From NCBI RefSeq assembly GCF_009914755.1, contig NC_060926.1: a stretch of 64,000 nt of DNA, one strand, 5' to 3'. This DNA comes from the human T2T-CHM13v2.0 reference genome, Homo sapiens. The notes under the pieces were generated by a model that saw only the letters and a list, made by a program, of their open reading frames with translations, made no database searches and was not told the DNA's origin. Below are positions 41,277-55,980 of this stretch, in pieces (positions within the stretch are counted from its first letter, which is position 1; every line of letters starts with the position of its first letter). Made by a program: the position numbers and the translations under genes.

Positions 41277-44204
41277 AAAAGATTGAGTGAAAGAGACTCA
41301 GTTAAGCTTCCTCAGAGAAGCTTCCCCATATTCATTAACACTTTTAAACAGAAGGTATCTATTTTTAAATGTTAATTTCTGGATGTGAGTCTAACCTGCT
41401 GACCTTAGCTTATATTTTGAACCCCTATCCATCATTCAAATATCCACTGAAATTACTAAAGGATTACATTGCGGGAGAAATCACATCTCTAAGAAACTAG
41501 GGAAAGATATATCTTTATGCCTGAAAAATCATTGAATTTAACAAAGACATAATGTAGGTGAACCCATGATACACTGCTTAGAAAGGAAGAGTCATCCTTA
41601 GGAACCATGGAAGGAACCACATGGACTCACCAAAGCCCCCTCCTGTAGAATTCTAGACACTGGATAGTGGATAGACACATGGACGTTACCAGAAAGTAAA
41701 TCTTGACCTTTTCATAATTTCTAAGATACATGCAATGGATGGAGACCACATAGCTGATCGTTTTAATGCAGAACAAAAATGATGAACTGGAAGTGATAGT
41801 TTGCTACCTAAGGAAAGTGCACTGAAAACAAATTGACTCCAAATGAGTACATGTAAGTTAGATAAAGGGCTTAAGAATGAGAGGGAGGAGGGAGGTGTTG
41901 GTGTATCTTTTGACTCTGATTCCTTTCGAGGGAAATTGTGAGTCTCTTGTATACAAGAACTTTATGAAAGTCTCTTCTAATTTTAACATGCCTGCTGGTA
42001 ATATTGGGTACATGTTATTACATCTCTCACTTAAATGTTTGCCGAAGTAGTGAGGTAACTCAGAGAGAAAACATTTCATTCTCTTGTTTAGTTTTTCTAG
42101 CTTGCTTCTCACTTCTTCTTAATAAATTTGAACAATCCTGGTTTTTAGTATACACATATCATATTTTAGAAAGAAAGGTGATCTTCAAAATTATCCTCAC
42201 AATAGCCAAGAGGGATATAATATTTATGAATTTTGCTTTGTAAAATTGAAGTATCACAAAGCATAAAATACAATTTTTTAAGTTATTTTCAAATATTTAT
42301 TATTAAATATTTAATATTACTTTTAATAATAATATTAAAAATACTGCCTATTAGAAATGGCTCTATAGAACAAGAATAATTGCCAATGTTGTATCAACAA
42401 ATCTAATTCACACTTTCACGTAATACCTAGAAAATAACCTGTTTTACTCTCTTTCCTTGCCTTGCCCACTTGCTGTTGTTGTTGGTGGTAGTTTGTTTGC
42501 TTATTTTTAACATCCCTTTCTTATTTCTCATGCTTTCAGAAACAAATAATTTTTAAAATATTCAAATCATCATTTGAATATTCATTTGACTATTTTTAAG
42601 CAACATATGGCCTGAGCTCAGAGACTATTTCTCTACCAAATCATTCTGTTCTAAATGATTTGCATGTAGTATCTCATGTATCTCAACAATACTCCAAAAT
42701 AAAAGTATTATCCCTATTGTGTAGATGAAAGCATTTCTGGACATGTTCACAATGCCAGTGAAAAAAAGAGTAAGGATTTGAGGCCGAAATTCTCTAACCA
42801 CATTATTCCATAAACCACAAAATCAGACACAGAGTCAATTAGTTACAGATCTTCCCAATTTAAAGCTATCATCACAATTTTAGATGTTGACACAACAGAT
42901 TCCACTATTTCCTCTACATAAAGCTGCCACAAAAATCCCAACTCATGAGAAAATGAGATTTGAGGAAGAAACACATTATATTTCTATAATCCATACAGTT
43001 CCTGTGGGTTTAATTTCTCCCTGCCCCTCATTTTCCCCTTCTGGATTGACCACAACCACAAAGTTATATAGTATTTAATATAGAGCTCAGGCACTATGGA
43101 GAAGCCTAAGGTGATTCTAAGCATTCTAAAGTCGGCTGGCATCACTGTGAAAAATTGATTTGGGGAGGGTGGATAAAAGCCCTAAACACTGTGCTGGAAT
43201 GACTGAGAAATAACCAACTGTTTCACAAACTCCTCCAGCCAAACTGTGAGCTGCTGGTCCACCATCATCTGCACCTGTGGACTAGGAGTGATTGGTTCCC
43301 AGAGAGCAACAAAAATGCCAACTTTGTAATTTCTAGGTTTAAAACATGCCACTGGATATACAACAGAACATACCAGCAAAGGAATGCAAAGGTAGAGAGA
43401 GCAACCTGCTGTGTCCACCTGAGGTTACTGTGGTGTGGAGCCAGGGGGCTTTGCAGCAGGGACTGCAGGTGGACAAGCAGGGAATAAGAAAAGAATGTTG
43501 GAGAGACTTCTGCCTGAGCCCACAGCAAGGAAATTGGATTGACTTGTACGAATTGCCCTTTGCCTACCCAGGCTTGTTACTATGAACATGTATCATATGA
43601 CAAGCCATATGATAAAATTTAAGAAAAAATATATCCAATGTAACAAATATTGTGGAAAAAAATGAAAACCCAAGCCATCAACATTTGAGCACCTTCCCAG
43701 CCCATTGCTGAATTACCAATGGATGCCCTTGTGCCTATGTCCTCATTTGTAGAAGAGACACTTCTAACCTTATCCTACTCCCAGACACAATGTGGCAATT
43801 CAATTATGCAGACTGAACCACACAGAAGTCAAGCTTCTCTTCCTTCTGGCAGTTTTTCTTCTATTTTCTCAGAACCTTAAAGATGAGAGTGAAAAAAAAA
43901 ATGAGATACGGGTCATGCATAATCATTTTATCTTCCTAGGGGTTGTCCTAAGTATGTACTCATCATAAGTCATAATATAATGAGATCATCTCTGGAACTT
44001 TCTATCTAAGGATGATGAAAAATGTAACAAAGTCACAGGCTTATTAAAATAATTATTAATTCTATCTGGGGCAAATTATGCACCTTTGGGGTATAAACTA
44101 GGGAATTCATCAAAAGTACTCATAGTCTATTTTCCTTAGAAGGATATAGAAATAGACACTTCTCTCTCTTTAAGAATATCAACTACCCAAGAGCCATTTG
44201 CATA

Positions 44205-44560
44205 ACTTCATTGTTTACACAGTCAGCACACACTTCCTGAGCAGCCACGTATCTCAGAGGCTGCTCCAGGCATAGCAGAAAAGAAATCAGGAATCAAAAC
44301 GCAAAGTCCTGTCATCATGATAGAAAATAAACAAAATAAATAGGTAAAATATAGAGTATTTTAGTATATAAGTGACATGAAGAAAAATTAAGTACAAAAA
44401 AAGTGGGAGGATTGGGTCACAATTTTAAATAAGTACCCTCAGAAGGTTCCACCTGGGTGAAACAGGAAGGCAGGAACAAGGATGTCTGGGGAGAAGGCTG
44501 TTCCACACAGAGGGAACTGCAAATGCAAAGGCTCAGAGGCAGTGGCTTTCCATGTGTTGT
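44205..44560 (-). mobile_element. L2 fragment
   Basis: GGATGTCTGGGGAGAAGGCTGTTCCACACAGAGGGAACTGCAAATGCAAAGGCTCAGAGGCAG. Confidence 0.7.
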
Positions 44561-46219
44561 CTGCAGCAGCCCCTTGCAGTCCTGCTCCGGCAGTGGGGCA
44601 CGCCTGGCTTCCCACCTCATCAGGTCCACCCTCTCATGCTCCATGCTCTTCTCTGATCCACCATCTTCTCTGTCTAGACCCTTCTTTTTTCCCAAATACT
44701 TGCCACTATTAGCTCACACAGGCTGGGAAAGTCTCCCTCCTGTCCCTGCCCCAGCCACCAAGATGTCCTCCCTGGGAGAAACCAGTGTTATAAAGGTGAC
44801 GGGAGTGTCCTTCAACAGATATTTTGTCCACACTTGAGGTTATGCGTATAAATATTTCCTCCTATTTTACACAAATAGAATCATTTTGTACAAACTGTTC
44901 TGTTTGTTGCTTTTGTTAAGAAGCTATGTTTTAGAGTTTTAATTTTACTAAAACTTATTTAACAGAAAGTTGCAGGTTCTTTTATACAGAAACTGCGTTT
45001 TTTAAACGTAATCATTCTTGGTCCCATTTCTGTAACTTTTACTGTATGCCTATATAATGTGTATAAGCTTAAACCATAATACTGAAATTAAAGTCACATC
45101 ACATTGTTGTTGTTTTGCTGCTGTTTTAAATAAAATTAAAACCTCACTAGGGTTAGAAAATTGTTCAATCCTAATCATGTTTGGCAAGGGGAGGTTCCTT
45201 CCTTTCCCTGGCATTGCCTGAGAACCCTAGAGGATTACAGATGTGAAGGTTGTGGGAGGCTTTGCCTTGTGTCCACGGTGATGGGCATTGTGCTGCATAC
45301 ATAGTTGTTAGCAGCACCTGGCATCCTACCTTCCTTGGTCCTGGGCACTCAGCCTTTCAACTGCAGATCCCTTCCCCGGTGATGAGAATTTAGGGAATTT
45401 AGAGCCATAGGCATCCCCAAACTCATTCAACCCCTTAAGCAAGAGTGCTGTAGGCAAGAGGGACATGGTTTATTTTTTTAAACCATTATTATTTTTACCA
45501 CTCTTTCGACAAAAACACCAAAAGCCAGGTTTGTTTATCTTGTCACTTCACGTTCTACAGCCCTGGAGCCTTCACCTTTCTTGGATCATCCTTGCTAATG
45601 TCCCTCAGTGGGAATAAAACACATAGTGTTTCCTAACTTGCCTCCCACACTGCACAGTCCTCCCCGCATGTGTCAGAAGTCTCCAGAAGTAATTCAATAA
45701 CACGGAAGCTTAGGCTGTTCTGTTATTTCCAATATCACAAAGGAAACCAGCAAGAAGCCATTTTTCTATACGTCCTATTAAGTAGAAGCTTTAGGTGGTA
45801 GAATAATCATAATCTAGGTTAAGCCTTGGACCTCAGTCATGCTTCACACTGTGTCTGCCTTCTGCTGACTCTATTGTGTTATGTTTCAAAGGTTCTGAAT
45901 AGATTGTTCCAGAGTCTCTGGAGTTAAAAAAATTAAATCATGGACTCCTGAGGTCTCAGGTTTTGATTTTCTTTGAGCACAGCATGCATCTGCCCCGCAG
46001 TATTCAAGATTCCTGCCCTATCACAACACCCTCAAGAAGCAGCCAGAACAGCAAAGTTGTTCAGCAATTTCCTTAAACTTTAGAAGGATTTGTCTGAAAT
46101 GGGAAAACATATCACCTATGAAAAAAGTTATTTCTATTTTTGACAAGAAGTTTTCCAATTTATTTTAAATGTATAACAGTATTTCTGTATTGTTTTAAAT
46201 TAACTTTAGCGGAACATAA

Positions 46220-47245
46220 TTGTAGTAATTTGGATAATGACCCCCGGGCTAAAAGTTCTGAATGCCTGGGTCCTGTCAATATTGGCTTATATGTCAAAGA
46301 CTTTGCAAATATGTCGGTGATCTTGACATCGGAAGATGATCCTGGATTATCCAGTTGAGGCTTAAATGTAGTCACAGGTATCCTTACCTGTCAGACGGAG
46401 ATTTGATCACACATAAAAAGAAATGTAAAAATAGAACAGAGAGAGATTTTTAAATGCTGGCCTCGAAGACTGGAGTGATATGACTGCAAGTCAAAGAATG
46501 CCATGGCCACCAGAAGCTAGAAGGAGCTAGAAACAGACTGTTTCCCAAAGCAGGGATCCCCAAACCCTGGGCCAGGAAACAGTACCAATCCCTGGCCTTT
46601 TAGGAACAAGGCTGCACAGCAGGAGGTGAGTGGTGGGCGAGTGAGTGAAGCTTCATCTGTATTTACAGCAGCTCCCCGTTGCTCGCATAGCTGCCTGAGC
46701 TCCACCTCCTATCAGATCAGCAGCAGCATTAGATTCTCATAGCACGAACCTGATTGTGAACTGTGCATGCAAGGGATCTAGGTTTCAAGCTCCTTATGAG
46801 AATCTAATGCCTGATGATCTGTCACCGTCTCCCATCACCCCCAGATGGGACTGTCTACTTGCAGGAAAACAAGCTCAGGGCTCCCACTGATTCTACATTA
46901 TAATGAGTTATAATTATTTCATTATATATTACACTGCAAAAATAATACAAATAAAGTGCACAGTAAATGTAATGTGCTTGAATCATCCTGAAACCACTCC
47001 CCACCCCCAACCGCTGGTCCCTGGAAAAACTGTCTTTCTCAAAACCAGTCCCTGGTGCCAAAAATTGTTGGGGACTGCTGCCCTAAAGCCTCTACAGGGA
47101 GTATGGCCCTTCTGATACTTTGATTTTGGCTCAGTGATGCTGATTTTGTACTTCCATTCTCCACATATGTGAGAAAATAAAATTCTCTTTGTTTTGGCCA
47201 CCAAGTTTGTGATTATTTGTTATAGCAACCAAAGGAAACTAATAA
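46220..47245 (+). mobile_element. MLT1B/C MaLR LTR split by MER1A
   Basis: GATGATCCTGGATTATCCAG, GCCACCAGAAGCTAGAAG; 3' part CCACCAAGTTTGTGATTATTTGTTATAGCAACCAAAGGAAACTAATA. Confidence 0.8.
46551..47080 (+). mobile_element. MER1A hAT-Charlie non-autonomous transposon, full length
   Basis: CAGGGATCCCCAA...TTGGGGACTGCTG termini; 8-bp degenerate TSD TCCCAAAG/CCCTAAAG. Confidence 0.9.
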
Positions 47246-47265
47246 AATAATTAAGTACCATTTTA

Positions 47266-47593
<328 letters not shown>

Positions 47594-47956
47594 AAAATGT
47601 AGTCTTTTGAAGGTGCAAAGTTAAAGACAAGGAGAAAAAATTACAGCTAAAGAAAAATTATGCTTTTCAACATTCTAGTTCTTTTTTGCCCTAATTATGT
47701 CCCAGAGAAGCTTTCCTGTATTAGGAACTAACACTTGTTGAGTGCTTACTCTGTGCTAAGTCCCATACAAGTTGCTTAGCATACATTACTCTACTTAATT
47801 TACAACAACACTATCCGGCACACAATTATGTTCATTTTGCTTGGAAGGAAACAAGCTTTGATTGAGGGTAAATGCATTGCTCTGGTCACACAGCTGTTGG
47901 TGGCATTTCCTGAAGACCATTGTAGGGAACTGGTATCAAAGCATATATTACTATGC

Positions 47957-48406
47957 TGTGAAAGGAAAATATCTTGGGCCCCCAAAATCACTAAGCTAAA
48001 GGGAGAATTCAAGCTGGGAACTGTTTAGGACAAACCTGCCTCCCATTCTATTCAAAGTTGTCCCTCTGCTCATTGAGATAAATGTATACCTGATTGCCTC
48101 CCATGGAAAAGCTAATCAGAAATTCAAAAGAATGCAAACATTTGCCCCTCAGCTCCCTGTGAACTGGAAGCACCCTCCCTGCTTTGAGTTGTCCCACCTT
48201 TCCAGACTGAACCAATGTTCATTTTACGTATGTTGATTGATGTTTCATGTCTCCCTAAAATGTATAAAACCACGCTGTGCTCTGACCACCCTGGGCACAT
48301 GTCATCAGGACCTCCTGAGGCTGTGTGTCATGGGCATGTGTCCTCAGCCTTGGCAAATAAACTTTCTAAATTAACTGAGACCTGTCTCAGATCTTGGGGG
48401 TTTACA
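47957..48406 (+). mobile_element. 5' LTR (MER4A1-like)
   Basis: TGTGAAAGGAAAATATCTTGGG...GTATAAAACC...AATAAA...GGTTTACA. Confidence 0.9.
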
Positions 48407-48409
48407 TTT

Positions 48410-48427
48410 TGGTAACTATGAAGGGAT
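48410..48427 (+). promoter_or_regulatory. Primer-binding site, probably tRNA-Arg
   Basis: TGGTAACTATGAAGGGAT, 3 nt after the LTR; two C>T changes from TGGTAACCACGAAGGGAT, the complement of a tRNA-Arg(TCG) 3' end as recalled. Confidence 0.7.
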
Positions 48428-50002
48428 TCTGAGTGGAGATGCTGTTGACCTTTGAAAAATCACCTATTGGTACTTGGTACCAGGATGAGCTAACTTTATG
48501 GCTCAAACCAATAGGACAATTTGCTGAATTCTGGGAGCACCCCTGCCAGAGAATCTCTAATCTCCCCAAATTTAGTCAAGATCTAAAGGCTCTTGCTGTA
48601 CAACTCCTCTTTCTTTTGAAGTTTTACTTGCTTCCAACAAGGAAGACATGATTTCCTGTTTCCATGATGATGGAAGGCAGGTAACTCCTTTATGAAGTTT
48701 GAGCTTGCTCCCAGCAGGGAAGAGCAGTTTGACTCTTTTCCTCCTTTCAGGATGATAGAAAGCAGTCTTCAGCCTGAGACCCATTCCTAGGTAAGTAGCT
48801 GAATTGGTGTTTTGTCTTGGCTAACACTTAACAACCAGATGGTCCTAATTTCTCTTTACCACTGGAGTGCTCAGTGATCATGTTGTTGGGGTTTTTGTCA
48901 TTCTTGTGTGTTTTGTCTTTCTCCCATCAGATTTGACCAACTCTACCTGACTTAGTCAAATCTGAGTGAGAATTCTAAATTAAGGTACCAAAACCTCTCT
49001 AAACTGGCCAAAATTCCTCATAGCTGCAAAAGAAGAAACCGAAAGAAAAATATCAAAAAACCATGTGCTTGGTTTCTGTGTTTGCTTCCTGTATTAAAAA
49101 CAAAAAGTTCTTTAATTTACTTTTCTTCCACCCTATATCTCCTTCTCCCTTTGCCATCTGCAGTACCAAAAAAATATCTAGAGAAGGTGTCTAATGACTT
49201 GAACCCCTTTAAAGAATTCAGAAGGGCACCACTCTCCTATTTTGGATGTTTCTTTGTGGAGTTCCAAGAGCCATGGACAGAATCTTCTTAGGTATAAAGC
49301 TCTGTTTTCTTGTGTTGCATGACCTGATCTTTTTGGCTTTGGGGGTACCAGAGATGTCCTTGCGCTGTGAGAGGATTTGACCTTGGTGTGTATAATGGCG
49401 GATGAGAGCTACAAAGTTATGAGTGGCCTAGTGCAATTTACAAGAAGTGGTCTAGGCTATTTTTTTTTCTTTTTTTCTCTTTTAGGAAGTTGTTGTTTAA
49501 GGATCCAAATTTTAGTTCAGAGACACATTCTAAAGAGTCTTCTGTATTGCTTTTTTTCCCAAAATTGATCTCAATTCAGTTTGTCTGTGCACATTTGCGT
49601 GAGGAACTGAACTGTTGTTTTCATAGGTAAATGAGAGACTGAGTTTTCTCATCTCTGAAGGGAAAGGACATCTGCTCCTACCAGCTGAAAGGTGCCCCTG
49701 GGTGAACAGGGGCCTTGTGGGAGTGTTTGGGGCATTGACCCCCAACAACATGCAGTGGCCCTGCAGATAAATCATCAACAAAAATTAATTTAAAAAATGG
49801 CTCATCCAGAAAACGCATGCAAGGGCTGATCACCCAGTGTTTTGAGCCCTCTCAGAGGTCATAGGCCTCTGGAGAGAGAAATGACACACATAAGAGGGTG
49901 GGAACAACTCAGTGGTGACAGACTGTGGAGTCCTGCCCACAAGCAGCACACATCAATCCACCACACAAAAACCCTAGGCCACAGCTCAGTTCCTCCTTTA
50001 TG

Positions 50003-50039
50003 AACAAAACAAAACAAAACAAAACAAAACAAAACAAAA
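50003..50039. repeat. (AAAAC)n pentamer repeat
   Basis: Directly visible. Confidence 0.95.
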
Positions 50040-50507
50040 GCAGGAAACAAATAAACTAAGAATGTGGAGAAAACAAGGAGAATGACCCCTTTTTGAGCCA
50101 CTCCAAAGGTTTTAAGGCACCTCTACTTGCCAGAGTAAAACGGGAGTCATATGGTCTTCATGCACATTTACATTAAGGAGAAAGAGCCCTAAGGTCGACC
50201 TGCAAACTCTAGAGTTCCCAGAGTCCCTGTTTTTCTATTTTCTTTTTTGCCTGCTTTGTATCTGCTGTTAGTTTTCTACTGAGATAAAAACCACTGTTTG
50301 GATGTAACCATTTTTTGTTTGTTTGCAAGCCAGCAAATTTGTATTTATATCATGGCTAAAGTACTGAAGTAAAAGCTATAGAACCTTGGTGTGTGTATGT
50401 GTGTATGTACATGCATGTGTGTATATATTTGAAGGCCTTTATAATAAACTTCTAAACTTTTATGTTCAATTGAAAATTTAGCTGACAACTGCCTAGGGTA
50501 AGACTTA

Positions 50508-50838
<331 letters not shown>

Positions 50839-51859
50839 AGGTCTTTATTAATCTATAAGATACACTTTTATTGACAGGCCTACATCTACATATTTATGTG
50901 TTGTGTACACAATGTTTCACTATTAAAAAGTACATAAAAGAGCTCTAACTAGTTGGCTTAAAAAATAAATAAAAGTGCTTAAATCAGATACTACTAAAGA
51001 GAAAAAACTAGTCAAATGCTTTTTCAAGCTCATGTGACTTAAAATCTTTAATAAATAAGCTGGCTTTAAAATTATTACTAAAATAACATTAGAAATGTCT
51101 TAAGAATTTGCCAGCATACATTTTTGTTTGCATTCATTAATCAAGAAATTTTACACTTATCCCTTCCAAATGCTATAAGGTGTCAAAACTGGGCACAGGG
51201 TTTACAAAACTATAAATCTAGCCCAAAGCAGAATGATCTTTGCTTGTGTAATCTTTAACAAATAGGACATTGATATTAGTTTAATAAAAATAGCTGCATC
51301 TTAAATTTAGTAAGATTATCATAACTTCTAATCTTGTGACTTTAGGTGATCTAGCCCACAGGCAGTAAGATTTGTTAATGTCTTTGTTTCAAAACTAAAC
51401 TATAAACTAAGTTGTTCTCAAAGTTAGTTCAGCCTATGCCCAGGAATGAACAAGGGCAGCTTGGAGCTTAAACGCAAGATTGAAGTCAGTTAAGTCAAAT
51501 CTTTTTCACTGTCTCAGTTATAATTTTGCAATGGTGGTTTCATAACTTTAAAAGATGACTATCTCAGTTTTCATAAATAATCTAAGTAAATGATTAAAAC
51601 AAAATAATTAGGTAAGTGTATAGGATGAATACTTGTAGACAAACTCTTCATAATTTAGAATCTAAAGTTATATTAAATTAAATAATAGATATTTCATTAT
51701 TTGGGTATATTTCCAATAAAAATACATTTGTAAGAAAACATTTTTTCTTAAAAAAAGTGTGTCCTTTTAAAAAAGGTGAAAGATTTTTTTCTATTTCAAG
51801 GTTTATTCAAAGGTCATGTATAAAACAAGGTAAAAGGAACAAGGAAATAAAAGAAATGT

Positions 51860-51986
51860 TGTGGGGGCCATGACTGGGAGGCCTCCCCAGCTACGTGGGA
51901 TGGTGGGTCCATTAAAACTCTTTTTCTCTATAAATCACCTAGTCTCAGGTACATCTTGATCAATAGTATGAAAACATACTAATACA
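51860..51986 (+). mobile_element. THE1 LTR 3' fragment inside the provirus
   Basis: GCCATGACTGGGAGGCCTCCCCAGC...CCATTAAAACTCTT...GAAAACATACTAATACA. Confidence 0.75.
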
Positions 51987-54811
51987 GATATAAAGAATGT
52001 TATAACAACAAAAGCTTAAAGAGAAATAATTTCATATGAGAAAAAAATCTTATTTGGTAAATTTAGTCCTAGAATAAAATGACTGGTTGTTTAAGAAAGG
52101 AGGATTTCAGGAAAAAACAGAAAGTCCAAGCATGTCATGAATGGTCTGTGTAAGTCACAATAAGAGGATTCATTAAAAAAACAAAAACTATTTTATGATC
52201 AAGTTTTCATATTTTTATTAAGCTTTGTTTTGCTTAGAAAAAAACTGAGATTAAAATTTTATTTTTTAAATTAAAGTTATTACATCCATGTATCTCTCTG
52301 TATGCACTTTAAAAGTACTTATTACATTAAGTTACAGGGTTTTGACTCCTGGGTCTAAAAAGAACACCAAGTCCTGCTAAATGTTAAACAATGACAGCAA
52401 TTAAAACCCCATCTTTAGGCCAAGTAGAAGATGCCTATCAAAATAAACTGCATTCCTGAAACACAGGGCCAGAAATTAAAGCTATTCAACTCCCCAAGGC
52501 CCAGGGACTAGCATGGAAGAGGTGGGTGTGTGAGATTATAAGGGCTGATTTTGAGAGATAAAATAAGTTCAGTTTCTCTATAAATTAATCATTAATGTCA
52601 AAGGCACATTCATGCAAGACCAGCGTAGGGACCTGTGTCAGATTAACAAGGTTTTCTTGAAGCATTAACTGACCCTTAAAAAAAGGCTATAAGGGTTATG
52701 AAAAGCTTATGAAAGTTATATTTTATGGTCTAGATAAAAATTTATAGAATATATACAAAATTTTGAAAAACAAATTTAATTGTCTTTATACTGTTTTTAT
52801 TAGAGCTTATTGATTGGAAAATTAAGTCTTCTCTCGCAAAAAAATGAAGGTTTTTCACCTTTTCTTCTAAAATCCTTGAGCTATCACTTTGGTCAAATGA
52901 ATGACTTATTTTACAATGACCTGTGATATCAAGTGTTTTAAAACTTTGATATTTGACAAAGTTTCCAAAATCAAATTACAAATTATGTCTTTTTCTTATC
53001 TAATTAATCCTTTAAGATATTAGGTTCCCTAAAGTCCAAAAATGACATAATTTGGCTTACTTGGTATAAAAATTATACAGGAAACATTGTCACATATGAA
53101 ATGGTGTTTGGTTTTCTTTAGGCTGTATTTGTGTAAATACATTATTGGTACATGTTCCAAAATCATGGGCAACTCCTATAATTCTGATATGACTTAGTGT
53201 ACATTATCAGTAATAATTATAATTGTTTAATTATTGTGTATCACAGAGGTAACCAATTTTCTTGTTAATTGGGTATTTGACTATGGCTGTCCTCAAACAT
53301 TTTGTCATCCACAGACAATCGTTGTCTTGTTTTAGTCCTCCATAGAAGGTGGTTTTGTAATCTAATATGGAACTCTAACAGGTGTTCTTAAATGCAGGTT
53401 TCTGATAACTTTGGAGATTGTGATATTAGAATAGAGAAAAAAACATTCACGACTCTCGCGGAGAGCTAAAATGTTCATGAATGTCAAGCAAAACAGGAGT
53501 TAACTGCATGAACTGAACTAATAGAAGACTAAAGTAATCTTTTTAACTTTTAGCTTAAAAAATTGCGATCCTTTGTTTTGTTTTTCGGAGTCAAGAAGAC
53601 TTTTCTTTTAAGCTATTTACACCTTTTAACAATTGAGTAAAGTATACTCCTATAAACAAATTTTAGAGCATATGTATTTCTCTCTACCTGATTTCTCCAG
53701 AATTTGGAAACTATTTGTGAGTATTCTTAACTTATGACAATACAGTTATTTACATAAGTGCATAAGAATCTCTTTTCATTTATTACAGGACACAACTGGA
53801 GAAGCTGGCTATTTTGCCAAGGCTTTGACTGGAATGGTGTGCTTTCCTTTAAGGAATCAAACTTGACTTAAGAAGTCAATAAAAGCCCCTTAAAAAACTA
53901 GCCTCCTACCTTTGTCTACACAGCCCCTGTACAGGGCTCCTGACCTCTGGTAGGTAAAGAATGTCACTTTCTGAGAGGCCCAGGAGCCTCAAGTTTATCT
54001 TGGAACCTCAAGAGGAGAGGATCACCCAACTCATACGTATTTGATGGCACAAATTCATGGCTGGGTTAGGCTTTAAAAAAGTCTTATCTGAGATTCGTTC
54101 TATGGAACAAAGTTTCATCAAAGCCAACTTAAAAGCCTATGTAGATATATAACTATTCTTGCTTTACTGTATACAAATAATTAGGCCAAGTGTAATAAAA
54201 CAAACCAGTCCTACCATGATTTTTCTTTAGTAAAAATGGGACTCTGGAGAGAGAAAAAATGTTTCCAAAACTATATAGTACACTTGTTGTTAGATTCCAG
54301 TCTTGCCTAATGCTTTTTAATTTTTATTATGTTCTACTGTTTGGACCTGATTCTAATTTTTCTTGGCTACAAGCCTTAAAAATAATGTTTTCAATTCTTT
54401 TCCTTCTTTTTTCTCATTTTTTTTTTTCTTATTTAGAGTCGCTGAAAACTATGCTGTGCCTTCATAAAGCCCTGTGAGCTGAAGCAAGACAACTGAAACT
54501 TCAGAATATAACAGCAACCTATTTACATAAATAAGCCACTTTCATACCTGCCTACTAATGTATGGACTTCAGAGTAATGGGGCCTATATCAATTTTCCAG
54601 GATTGTTCTTTTGTTTATTGTGTTTTTCTTTCTTCCTCCCGCTATTTTCTCTTCACTGGATGTGAGACTTCACAACCTTTTTAAAAATAAGATTTCCTAA
54701 TAACTTGGGACCTACCTGTCTAGGAATAAAGCATCCTAGCCATGAGAGAGCAGACAAAACCTGGGACCAGAGATTTGTTTTCTTCTAAAATGCTTTCTCC
54801 GAAATATTTTT

Positions 54812-54830
54812 AAAAAGAAAAGGGGAGAAA
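54812..54830 (+). promoter_or_regulatory. Polypurine tract
   Basis: AAAAAGAAAAGGGGAGAAA directly before the 3' LTR. Confidence 0.85.
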
Positions 54831-55294
54831 TGTGAAAGGAAAATATCTTGGTCCCCCAGAATCACTAAGCTAAAGAGAAAATTCAAGCTGGGAACTGTTA
54901 GGGCAAACCTGCCTCCCATTCTATTCAAAGTCATCCCTCTTTTGAGATAAATGCATATCTGATTGCCTCCTTTGGAAAGGCTAATAAGAAACTCAAAAGA
55001 ATGCAACCATTTGTCTCTTACCTACCTGTGACCTGGAAGCCCCTGTCTGCTTCAAGTTGTCCTGCTTTTGCTTCAAGTTGTTCTAGCTTTCTGGACAGAA
55101 CCAATGTTCATTTTACCTATGTTAATTGATGTCTCATATCTCCCTAAAATGTATAAAACCAAGCTGTGTTCTGACCACTTTGGGCACATGTCATCAGGAC
55201 CTCCTGAGGCTGTGTCATGGGTATGCGTCCACAACCTTGGCACAATAAACTTTCTAAATTAACTGAGACAAGTGTCAGATTTTCAGTGTTCACA
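54831..55294 (+). mobile_element. 3' LTR (MER4A1-like)
   Basis: Homologous to 47957-48406; ends GTTCACA followed by ATGC. Confidence 0.9.
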
Positions 55295-55419
55295 ATGCAC
55301 AGAGTGGCTTTTTTATGGTAATGTTTTATAACAACACAAACGTACTTTGTCTTAGAGCCACTTCACATGCTAAGACTTTATAAAATGCCATACTGAAGAG
55401 ATCTCTTTAGTTTGTCTCT

Positions 55420-55980
55420 TTTGATATCCAAGAGTGGTTTTTGTATAAAGCTGTTTTATTACATAATATTAACCTCAAAAAGCTGGGAATGAGAAAAAAA
55501 TAATGAATACAAATTAAGTGTGGAGGACCTATGTGTACTGGACTAAGTATTTTGGAGGGACATTTAAAAAGACTTGAAGAAGAAACAAACCAGATTTCTT
55601 ATGGAAAGAAAAACATTGCAAATATGTGGCTTTTTCAGAGGTAACTTACACTGATAAAGCAACACTATTTAAAAATACGATGAAGTACTTTTTGACAAAC
55701 TACAAGATGATTTGAAAATTTAACTTGAAAAATAAATTAAGATGAATAACTGAGAAAATTTTGTAAAATATCAATAAGAATTTTCACAGATAATAAAAAT
55801 ATTAAAATTTTACAAGTGAAAGATAATTATTGGTGTTTGAATAGACAGAAAATTGAAACAGAAAACAAAGTCCAAAAGTGCACCCAAGCACATATAACAA
55901 TTTAGCTGATAATAAAGTTGTCAAATGAGTTTAAAAAAAGATGAATTATATAGTAAATAATCCTAGAATAATTAGTAAAT
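55420..55980 (+). mobile_element. Ancient L1ME ORF2 fragment
   Basis: Decayed AAAAAGACTTGAAGAAG...TTCTTATGGAAAG...AATAGACAGAAAATTG...AAAGTCCAAAA. Confidence 0.5.

Noticed and set aside
44417-44837. Overlapping 76-126 aa ORFs
   Set aside because: They overlap L2/L1 remnants and show no recognisable domain or exon structure
48215-48415. Apparently paralogous small ORFs at 48215-48415 and 55068-55262
   Set aside because: They are the same position in the two proviral LTRs, not a gene pair
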